IMG/VR virus record: IMGVR_UViG_3300008450_000030
Location: 2,208 to 66,207 of that record
Source of the DNA: a virus
Taxonomy: Duplodnaviria > Caudoviricetes
Reading direction: 5' to 3' (one strand)
DNA length: 64,000 nt
Each line of letters opens with the position of its first letter. Position 1 is the stretch's first letter. A program made the translations under genes and the position numbers. This document shows, one piece after another, positions 56,866-64,000 of the stretch. The notes beneath the pieces are model-generated. The model was not told the DNA's origin. It saw only the letters and a program-made list of their open reading frames with translations, and made no database searches.

Positions 56866-56872
56866 AGATGCC

Positions 56873-57379
56873 TCACATTGAAAGCGCGGCGGCTTTTACT
56901 TCATTGACCCTACGCTCCCAACCCTTACCGAAGGTGGGCCAAGTGGACAGCCCTTGCAGGAACTTCAGACGTTGGGCACTAAAGTTGGTGATTATGGTTG
57001 CTGGGGATGTAACTGAGGCAATAGCAAGAGTTTGTGGGCCGATTGACCCATCCGCTGTCACACCTAGAGCCGACTGAAGCCATTGAGATGCCCGACGAAC
57101 CCCGCTATTTACCGCCGCATCGAAGACACAATAGTCAACACCAGAGGGCAACTTGTCGCCCTTGACTCGCTCCCAGTATAAATCCTTGTACAGCGGCTTG
57201 ACCATGTCTTTGGTAAGCGCCTTCATCTCTTCTTCAGTCACGGAGCGATCAAGCCAATTCTCCCAGACTGTCTGCGTAACGCCAAGGTTTGTTCTGCCAC
57301 CGGGATCGCTGGGATGGTTAACGTATCCGCCCTCATGCTTGATAAGGTGATTGAAGCAAGCATCCCAGTTGGTGTTCAT
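56873..57379 (-). CDS. Endolysin, glycoside hydrolase family 108
   Basis: HEGGYVNHPSDPGGRTNLGVT; FDAAVNSG; FGKGWERR. Confidence 0.93.
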   Translation of the reverse strand: MNTNWDACFNHLIKHEGGYVNHPSDPGGRTNLGVTQTVWENWLDRSVTEEEMKALTKDMVKPLYKDLYWERVKGDKLPSGVDYCVFDAAVNSGVRRASQWLQSALGVTADGSIGPQTLAIASVTSPATIITNFSAQRLKFLQGLSTWPTFGKGWERRVNEVKAAALSM

Positions 57380-57597
57380 TTGGTATCTTCCTTGTTGTCC
57401 TTGCCGATTTTGATCCCGGCAATGGTTCCGACAAAAGCCCCGACAATGGTGTTAAAGGAAGGCTGGAGCATTTTGAACAACTCATCGTTGTTTACATTGA
57501 CATCAAACAGCCCGACCAAAGAAGCCATACAAGTCGCAACCAAAACAAGGGCCAAAGATAGGCAGCAAATGATGGTGATGTAGTCGGCTATCTTCAT
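57376..57597 (-). CDS. Putative holin (2 TM)
   Basis: Two hydrophobic helices and a basic C-terminus; adjacent to the endolysin. Confidence 0.6.
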   Translation of the reverse strand: MKIADYITIICCLSLALVLVATCMASLVGLFDVNVNNDELFKMLQPSFNTIVGAFVGTIAGIKIGKDNKEDTK

Positions 57598-58079
57598 TTC
57601 CTTAGTGCCTCAGCCTTTTCCTTGGAACCGATACTGCTGCCGAACCAGAAATTCAGCATAGTGGCAAGCACCGTTCCGAGGATAAACCCAAGAATGGTGT
57701 CCGCAAACCGAACGCTTTTATCTGGAATTACGCTGAACGTAATAAAACCAATGTAGATAGTGGCTGCAACTGACCAGTAGGCAGTCAGGTACATCGTGAA
57801 TCGCTTGGAGAAGATATCCGACTGATTGAGCGCAGCAACCTGCATGGCCCTAGCGTCGGCAGTGTTGGCGTACTGCATCTTCAGCTTCTCGACATCAATC
57901 TGCGCCAGCTTGAGTGCGGCTTCGGGATCGGCGGAAATGGCTTTGGTCACCGCCTCGACGGTATCTGCTACACCCAGCTTAGAAGCAATAGCCGATACAG
58001 CAGCACCCCCCAAGGGGCCAGCAACAATAGTTGCAAGAGCAGGGGCAACACTTCCAAGAAGTTTGAGCAGTTCATTCAT
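57594..58079 (-). CDS. Putative 3TM holin-like protein
   Basis: APALAT..GPLGGAA...DARAMQ...NFWFGSS. Confidence 0.7.
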   Translation of the reverse strand: MNELLKLLGSVAPALATIVAGPLGGAAVSAIASKLGVADTVEAVTKAISADPEAALKLAQIDVEKLKMQYANTADARAMQVAALNQSDIFSKRFTMYLTAYWSVAATIYIGFITFSVIPDKSVRFADTILGFILGTVLATMLNFWFGSSIGSKEKAEALRK

Positions 58080-59194
58080 TACGCCGTCCGCTTCCACATA
58101 TACACAGTGATGTACGGCTGGTAGTTGAGGTTCGTGCCTGCAACGCCTGCGCTGGTGATGGTCGTGGCCGCAGTCGGCGTTGCGGAGTTGTTGCCCGTTG
58201 TGATTGTGTGGGTATGCGCCCCAGCCAAGCTTGTAAGTCCCGCCGTTGCCGTTGCGCCAGAAGTTGCTGTCAGTCGATATTCTGAGTCTCCGCCCGGAGT
58301 TTTAAGGTATCCGATTGGGCTATTGGGCAACGAGATAACACTTGTATCAGAATCATTATTCGATGCGACATAGTGCTGATGGCCCCCAGCAGACACAGTG
58401 GTCCCCGAGTGCGTGTGGGTTGTATTCGAGAGGTTCGTCGTTGCTGTGTGCGTGTGGTCAATTACGACTGAATCCGCATAGCCGCCTGTTTCTTCTGCGG
58501 CGTCAAATAGCGGGTTTGTGCCATCAAAGCCTACAGGAACTCTACCCGCACCAAACGCTGTCCAAGTACCAAAACCAAGCAGGGTTCCGGGATTCGTGTT
58601 GTCCGTGGCGTTGGTGTAGATTGAACCAACAGGATAGAGCGCAAGCGCAGCGGCAGCAATCACCGCCTGTACAAATGCTGTTGTAGCAACTTGTGCTGTA
58701 TTAGTAACTGTAGCTGCAGTTGGCGCAAGTGGGGTTCCGGTCATAACCGGGGACGCCATCGTAGGGGAGATGAAGTGCGTGTTCTGCTGACGGAAGTTCG
58801 TCGCATCACTCCACACAGTCATCGTAGCCCCGGCAGGGATAGCAACCCCTGTACCCGCTGCTGTCGTATTGCCAATCACCGTGCTGTTGTAGATCGTAGC
58901 AACGTAGATTGTGTCGTTGAAAACCGTGTACTGTTTTGCTACAGGAGGCGCATAGACAGCAAAGGCCGCAGCCGTGGACGTAGTCAACCGGATCATCGCA
59001 TTGCGAGACTGGTCTGCTGCGCCATAAAGCGCGGTAAACGCCTGTGCTGCTGTGGTCACCGATACTGAGTTGTACCCAGAAACCGAAGCCTCAATCAGCG
59101 TGCCGATGTTCGTATTAGTAGTGTTGCCCCATGCACCAGCCTGCGTACCAGTAGTAATGAGTTCAAAACGAAGGTTAGGTGAAAAAGTACTCAT
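58079..59194 (-). CDS. Tail fibre/collar protein (gp10/11 C-terminal-like)
   Basis: LYPVGSIY...NPGTLLGFGTW...NYQPYITVYMWKRTA; HTH repeats. Confidence 0.8.
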   Translation of the reverse strand: MSTFSPNLRFELITTGTQAGAWGNTTNTNIGTLIEASVSGYNSVSVTTAAQAFTALYGAADQSRNAMIRLTTSTAAAFAVYAPPVAKQYTVFNDTIYVATIYNSTVIGNTTAAGTGVAIPAGATMTVWSDATNFRQQNTHFISPTMASPVMTGTPLAPTAATVTNTAQVATTAFVQAVIAAAALALYPVGSIYTNATDNTNPGTLLGFGTWTAFGAGRVPVGFDGTNPLFDAAEETGGYADSVVIDHTHTATTNLSNTTHTHSGTTVSAGGHQHYVASNNDSDTSVISLPNSPIGYLKTPGGDSEYRLTATSGATATAGLTSLAGAHTHTITTGNNSATPTAATTITSAGVAGTNLNYQPYITVYMWKRTA

Positions 59195-59206
59195 GGGGTT
59201 CCTTAC

Positions 59207-59380
59207 TTATATGAATCGGGGTTCTTGTGTAGCGGGTAGAGGTGGGGAGTCAGCACCGATCCCGTGAAGAATTTCGATAGAACGCGCAAAGTTGTGCAAC
59301 TCTATCTCACTAGGGATGCCCGGAAGACTCTTGATAAGTAGAGCAAGCACTTCAGGGTCTATGGGTTTGATGTCCACCAT
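59207..59380 (-). CDS. Small hypothetical protein (57 aa, not in track)
   Basis: MVDIKPIDPEVLALLIKSLPGIPSEIELHNFARSIEILHGIG... fills the gap. Confidence 0.6.
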   Translation of the reverse strand: MVDIKPIDPEVLALLIKSLPGIPSEIELHNFARSIEILHGIGADSPPLPATQEPRFI

Positions 59381-59381
59381 C

Positions 59382-60041
59382 TTAACCTTTGTAATTCAGC
59401 GCGTCCCCGACATCACAACGAGTCCACCCTAATGGGTTTTCTTCAGGATTATTGATCTCCCGAACCTCTTCTAGCAATCGGTACGAAGCACATATTAGAC
59501 TAAATCTTTCACGCCGTAACTCATCGCACCTAAGTTTGGCAGGCTCAAATGTGTCGAAACACTCGTACTGCCCTGTTGTGGGGTTGAAGACTTGATAGCA
59601 ATTAACTGGGTGGTCAAAGACACCATCCCCATCTAGGTCGCAATTCTCTAGTGTATGTACATCCGCACCTTCGGGGCATTGGGCCTGAACATGGAACATC
59701 CACTCTTCAGTGGCTATTTGCTCTGCTTGCTTTTGTTGGATTGTATCTATAGCTTCTTGTTGATTAAGAAATATAGTGTCAGTATATGTAATATTCATGC
59801 CTTCTACACGATACCTATTGGTTTTGACAAACTCACAAAGCTGCACAATAGCATCGCCGCTATAAAGGTACACCTTCGCCCAATTTACCCACCATTGAGG
59901 ATGTATATCTAGTCCCGCATCTTGTTGTAATTTCTGGACAAATTGAAGCCGACTTAATCCTGTATACCCAGAATCCTCAAGGTGTTGAACAATAATAGGA
60001 CAGCCGCCAACGGCAAGGAGTGCATCTTTGGTAACGATCAT
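59382..60041 (-). CDS. Hypothetical protein (possible fibre chaperone)
   Basis: 219 aa, more AT-rich; YQVFNPTTGQY; follows a Gly-rich fibre gene. Confidence 0.65.
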   Translation of the reverse strand: MIVTKDALLAVGGCPIIVQHLEDSGYTGLSRLQFVQKLQQDAGLDIHPQWWVNWAKVYLYSGDAIVQLCEFVKTNRYRVEGMNITYTDTIFLNQQEAIDTIQQKQAEQIATEEWMFHVQAQCPEGADVHTLENCDLDGDGVFDHPVNCYQVFNPTTGQYECFDTFEPAKLRCDELRRERFSLICASYRLLEEVREINNPEENPLGWTRCDVGDALNYKG

Positions 60042-61675
60042 GATGTTGCTCCGTAGGTTGTGCCTGTACCGGAAATGCCTACACTAAAACCACTAAAATC
60101 AATCGCTTTACCCCCAGCCGCACCAGCATTGGAAACTACGGCAGTACCGGACACTATAGTTGCATTTGTACCCGCAACTCCCCCCGCTCCACCTGTACCT
60201 CCAGTAACAGGAGATGTGAATGGGGTCCATATTAGGCCTGTACCACCATTAGACCCCCAACCACCCCCGCCACCACCTCCGTAGACTGGTGAATAAAGTC
60301 CAATACCCCCTCCACCACCAGCTTGACCCCCATTACCCGCGATTGCACCTGAAGTGTTAGTCGAGACTGCTGCGGCTGATGCGCCCGCAAATATCCTACC
60401 GCCACCACCCCCACTAGCTAGGGGTATGGGTAGGGTGGAGTTGGCGGTTCCATTCCCCCCGCTACCACCTAGCCCACCGCCGACACCACCAGCAAGGAAG
60501 ACTGGCCCTGTAGTGCGGTAAGCACTACCTCCAACACCACCTCCTGCCCCACCACCCCCACCAGCACTGGAGTCAGCAGCCCTTATTACACCACCACCAC
60601 CGCCACCTCCACCGCCAATAAAAGAACCCGCCTCCTTAACAACTGTAGTAGCAAATCCTATTTTAAGTGCAGTAGAACCGTTTGCCGCCGCTGCATAAGT
60701 TGTGCTAGCACCAGAACTTCCCCCACCAACCCCACCACATCCCATAATCTTACCGTTGTTTCTAAAGGTAAGTATATCCCCAGCAACCCCGCCGCTAAGT
60801 GTGAGGGCGGGAGTCCCCGGAGAGTCGGAGTAAATATAAACATTATTAACAATGACGTTAATGTTTGTAAGCCCTGCCGAATACGTACCAGATGTAGTTT
60901 TGGTCAGGTTGGTGGAAGCAAAGGTTGCTACGTTGAGCGTAGCCGGACCAGTGGCATTGGCCGTTATTGTTATGGTAACGGTCTGGCGTATAACTGCTGT
61001 AACATTACGGACAGAGCCAGTTGCAGAATTACCAGAGATGGCTTTTAGTGTCTGTCTACCTAGCGTGTTAGCACTACTTGTGGCGCTAACAGGGACGATC
61101 TCTAGGGAGAGTTCTCCCGATACCGATGTAACAGACGCCGCTGCTGATGTTCCGGTAAGCGCCCTGCGGTTCTCTTCTGTGAACGTGTTTACGCTGGAGG
61201 TGGCGCTGACGAACGTGAGTCCTTTGGAGACTAGATCGGATACCGACGTAATAGACGCCGTTGCGCTAACCGATGTTAGTGCTTGCGTATTAGCCGCCGC
61301 AGATACAGCGCCAACCGTGCCCGGAGTCCCCGTGGCAGAGCGCCCCGTCAACTGCTTTAGAGTCGTTCGGGTAAAGGTTGTTACGGACCCTGTAGCAGTT
61401 AAGGACGCCGGGATTACCGTAACAAAAGGTGTGGCGAAGGCTGTTGGCGTGCCTGCACTACCCGTGGCAGATACGGCTGGTACGGCTACCTCTTTTTCAT
61501 AGCCGAGATCACCAACGCTTCCAGACGCACTGACACCGGACAGCACCCCAGTAGGTACGGCATCTATGTCCCGTATGATCGTCGTACCGCTTACCCCACT
61601 TAACGCAACCGTTGTGGGGCGTGTAACTGGGCTCCATGAATCACTCGGCCCAGTATCAATAACCGACCAAGACAT
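60038..61675 (-). CDS. Fibre protein: Thr/Ser repeats plus Gly-rich receptor-binding domain
   Basis: About 10 (L)TxVSATxSV repeats, then NNGKIMGCGG...GGGGGGGG. Confidence 0.75.
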   Translation of the reverse strand: MSWSVIDTGPSDSWSPVTRPTTVALSGVSGTTIIRDIDAVPTGVLSGVSASGSVGDLGYEKEVAVPAVSATGSAGTPTAFATPFVTVIPASLTATGSVTTFTRTTLKQLTGRSATGTPGTVGAVSAAANTQALTSVSATASITSVSDLVSKGLTFVSATSSVNTFTEENRRALTGTSAAASVTSVSGELSLEIVPVSATSSANTLGRQTLKAISGNSATGSVRNVTAVIRQTVTITITANATGPATLNVATFASTNLTKTTSGTYSAGLTNINVIVNNVYIYSDSPGTPALTLSGGVAGDILTFRNNGKIMGCGGVGGGSSGASTTYAAAANGSTALKIGFATTVVKEAGSFIGGGGGGGGGVIRAADSSAGGGGGAGGGVGGSAYRTTGPVFLAGGVGGGLGGSGGNGTANSTLPIPLASGGGGGRIFAGASAAAVSTNTSGAIAGNGGQAGGGGGIGLYSPVYGGGGGGGWGSNGGTGLIWTPFTSPVTGGTGGAGGVAGTNATIVSGTAVVSNAGAAGGKAIDFSGFSVGISGTGTTYGATS

Positions 61676-61684
61676 CGTGGAACC

Positions 61685-62140
61685 TTAAGCGATATTGATA
61701 AGCGCAGTACCTGCGCCGTTCACAGGCATAGTCAGCGTGAATGTGCCAGTGGTTACGCTCTGCGAACCGAAGTTATGTACGCTGACAGCGCGGTTACCTT
61801 GGCTGGAGTTGTACACAAGCAGTGCGTCGGCGGCAGCGAACGTAATAGAAGTCCACTGCAACTGTGCGGATGGGGTCCAGTACGCCGTAGTTCCAGTAAT
61901 CGCTGGAGGAGTCGCATTGGTGATCGTAGCCCCGCCCGCCGCATAAGTACCGCTGTTTGCGATCTCGCTGGTAGCCGAGTACACCGTAGTGCCCGCGCCA
62001 AGAGAACCGCTGGCGAGATAGATAGCGCCTTTGAACACATCAGCGGTGGTTACGCCACGGGTCACCGTAGTGCCGAAATTGTGGTAAGCCTGAAGAATCT
62101 CAGACTTGAAAGAGGTACACATTGCTTGGGTATTAGCCAT
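61685..62140 (-). CDS. Small virion structural protein
   Basis: MCTSFKSEIL...YAAGG...LLVYN...NFG...GTFTLTMP. Confidence 0.8.
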   Translation of the reverse strand: MANTQAMCTSFKSEILQAYHNFGTTVTRGVTTADVFKGAIYLASGSLGAGTTVYSATSEIANSGTYAAGGATITNATPPAITGTTAYWTPSAQLQWTSITFAAADALLVYNSSQGNRAVSVHNFGSQSVTTGTFTLTMPVNGAGTALINIA

Positions 62141-62151
62141 TTTTTAGCTCC

Positions 62152-62361
62152 TTAGATTTCACCAGTAGCGGCTTCACCTGCCACACCTGCCATACTATAA
62201 ACATGAGCGTTCTGACGAACGATCTCCCCACTACTTTTGTCCGTATACTTCTCAACAAACTTAATGTACGTTGGGGTGATATCCCATTCCGCCACGTAGA
62301 CTAGCGAGTCAACGGGGACATTTCCAAGCAACGTATGGATCAAAGGTGTTTCGGTGTTCAT
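62152..62361 (-). CDS. Small hypothetical protein
   Basis: PLIHTLLGNVPVDSL...GEIVRQNAHV. Confidence 0.7.
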   Translation of the reverse strand: MNTETPLIHTLLGNVPVDSLVYVAEWDITPTYIKFVEKYTDKSSGEIVRQNAHVYSMAGVAGEAATGEI

Positions 62362-62771
62362 GCGATACGAAGTAGTGCAGAGGTTGAAGAGTTTGCGGGG
62401 AGTGTAACAGTAAACGTAGTCGTAGAAGTCTTGTCAGCCCCAAAGTCAAGGACCGCAATAGACTTGCCCGCTTGTGTTACGTTGTAGATCAGTGCCCCAC
62501 GCGCAGTCAATGCAGCGTTAAACACGGGGTTGTCAAAACTGATGTACGCCACATTGTTTGCTGCGAGTATGGTCGCGTTAGTCAGCACAATTCCGCCCGC
62601 TGTATAGCCATCCGCTACAACTTCATTGTCTGTGGTGTACACAGTGGTATCAGCGTTCAGCGTTGCTTCAGAGGTATAGAGTGCCATCTGAATTGTGTCA
62701 GACAAGAGGTTATGAACTGCTTGTGGCAGTTCAACCTTGAAGCTTGTCGTCATCGTTTGGGAAAGAGACAT
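62358..62771 (-). CDS. Small virion structural protein (paralog of 61685-62140)
   Basis: MTTSFKVEL...YTAGG...ARGALIYN...VLDFG. Confidence 0.8.
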   Translation of the reverse strand: MSLSQTMTTSFKVELPQAVHNLLSDTIQMALYTSEATLNADTTVYTTDNEVVADGYTAGGIVLTNATILAANNVAYISFDNPVFNAALTARGALIYNVTQAGKSIAVLDFGADKTSTTTFTVTLPANSSTSALLRIA

Positions 62772-62772
62772 A

Positions 62773-63429
62773 TCAATTCACGGGTTGCCGATACTGACCA
62801 GAACGATACGCATCCTGACGCTCCAACCCATCTCCCAGACGCTTGGCAAGGGCAAGGGCTTCCTTGTACTTCCCTTCGTATACCTGCATCATGTCCGTCT
62901 CACCCTTCATGAAGGTGTAAGCCTCGACAAGCGATCCGTACAACAGAACAGTGTCAAAGTTATCACCAAGCCAAGTCTGTCCACCTACTACTGTAGTGAT
63001 CGACTCTGGGTAGTAGAAGTAGTGAAGTTCTACGTTGTAGACGGTGTTCGGGGTGGGGCCGAGGAGGAAGACAAGTTCCTTGGCATCCGCAAACGCAGGA
63101 CCAAAAAGCGCGTAGCACGTAGGCATACCCGTAGTCTCTGGGAAAGGGTACGCCTCGCGGATGAAGTTCACATCCTTGTTCAGCAAGTACGTGTACGACC
63201 CCCCTACGGGGTACACCGCCATAGAGTAGACCGACAAGAAATCAAGCGGGCAATCCAAGTACTGATCTTGCGAAGTGGTCTGCCCCAAGACATTCTTGCG
63301 GAGCGACGGGAACTGAACCGTGTTGTAAATGCGCTGCTCTGCCTGTGTAATGAACACGTTCATGTCCACAGGGTCAAACTGATTCTCCGTGTAGGAGGTT
63401 ATCGCATTTACAAGCGCCGTGTAATTCAT
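62773..63429 (-). CDS. Head-tail adaptor / tail tubular protein A-like
   Basis: MNYTALVNAI...FITQAEQRI...LLYGSLVEAY. Confidence 0.75.
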   Translation of the reverse strand: MNYTALVNAITSYTENQFDPVDMNVFITQAEQRIYNTVQFPSLRKNVLGQTTSQDQYLDCPLDFLSVYSMAVYPVGGSYTYLLNKDVNFIREAYPFPETTGMPTCYALFGPAFADAKELVFLLGPTPNTVYNVELHYFYYPESITTVVGGQTWLGDNFDTVLLYGSLVEAYTFMKGETDMMQVYEGKYKEALALAKRLGDGLERQDAYRSGQYRQPVN

Positions 63430-63683
63430 GCCATCGGACCCCTAGCCATCAAGCCTTTAGTCGCGCAGCCTGTACCACGAATCTTGATGCCATCAGTCTT
63501 GACGGTATCGTTGTTGCCAATAGCAACACCAGCAAGAGGCGTCCAGTCCTTGCGAGTAGGCATATCCCGCTTGATGCCGTAGTCATCGGCCCCGAGAGTC
63601 TTACCGTCCATCGTGTGTGGCTTGGCGTAAACAGCAGCCTGACCGACTTCCTTGCCGCCTTGTTTCTGAGTGTACTTAGCCAT
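63426..63683 (-). CDS. Small basic virion-associated protein
   Basis: Ends GIKIRGTGCATKGLMARGPMA. Confidence 0.7.
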   Translation of the reverse strand: MAKYTQKQGGKEVGQAAVYAKPHTMDGKTLGADDYGIKRDMPTRKDWTPLAGVAIGNNDTVKTDGIKIRGTGCATKGLMARGPMA

Positions 63684-63686
63684 GAT

Positions 63687-63854
63687 TCAACCCGTCTTTT
63701 GGTTAGCAGCGCGAGACATACCCCGACCCATAGCCATGCGGTCTTTACCCGTGGGGCCACCTTTTTTCATGCCTTTTACAGCAGCATCGGGATGCGCCTT
63801 CGGCATAGGTTTCTTCATGTGCGCAGCGAGTGCGGCTTTAACGTCCTTAGGCAT
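63687..63854 (-). CDS. Small basic protein (55 aa, not in track)
   Basis: MPKDVKAALAAHMKK...GMKKGGPT...; TAAGGAGG RBS. Confidence 0.7.
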   Translation of the reverse strand: MPKDVKAALAAHMKKPMPKAHPDAAVKGMKKGGPTGKDRMAMGRGMSRAANQKTG

Positions 63855-63863
63855 ATGGCCTCC

Positions 63864-64000
63864 TTATGTCGTCACTACCGTGACTGTACCAACAATCCCT
63901 TGTGCTACCAAGTAGTTTGGTGTTAGCAAGGTATCGAAACTGCTGGCCCCGCCTATCGGATTCCAGCCCCATTGAAACACTCTACTGCCTTCGCCTAAAG
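63864..64000 (-). CDS. Hypothetical protein (3' end only)
   Basis: ...SRVFQWGWNPIGG...GIVGTVTVVTT then stop. Confidence 0.6.
   Translation of the reverse strand, partial: LGEGSRVFQWGWNPIGGASSFDTLLTPNYLVAQGIVGTVTVVTT

Larger units (their letters stand above)
1..64000. mobile_element. Tailed dsDNA bacteriophage genome segment (podovirus-like gene order)
   Basis: Terminase, portal, major capsid, tail, endolysin/holins, PolA, helicase and primase-helicase are arranged in two opposed arms. No host housekeeping genes. Confidence 0.97.

Noticed and set aside
1-64000. Integrase/att site, tRNA genes, DGR or retron reverse transcriptase, alternative genetic code
   Set aside because: No such motifs were seen by eye, and genes tile densely under the standard code.

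Overview
Most of the genome of a tailed dsDNA phage (podovirus-like Caudoviricetes), probably circularly permuted. The promoters look sigma70-type and the lysin is GH108, so the host is probably proteobacterial (inference). The minus strand at 1-15.9 kb and 39.7-64 kb carries packaging and virion genes: terminase, portal, GroES, scaffold, gpT-type major capsid, fibres, tail, a 3060-aa polyvalent ejection protein and lysis genes. The plus strand at 16.3-39.6 kb carries early and replication genes: AAA+/VWA pair, PolA, Cas4-like nuclease, SNF2 helicase, SSB and primase-helicase. No integrase, tRNA, CRISPR array or reverse transcriptase was seen. The main unexplained signal is a 13-bp palindrome, CTAAC-WWW-GTTAG. 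I counted 30 copies by eye (19 perfect, 11 near-perfect), 29 of them in the early arm, sitting downstream of promoters, at stop/start junctions and inside ORFs. Other notable items are a doubly pseudoknotted ncRNA candidate at 23534-23685, an iteron/IHF origin-like region with a Fur-like box, an AT-rich GHKL-ATPase/HEXXH module inside the giant virion protein, a DDxxD protein among the ejection genes, and a glycosyltransferase/methyltransferase pair among the fibre genes. All counts and pairings were made by eye; no database searches were run.
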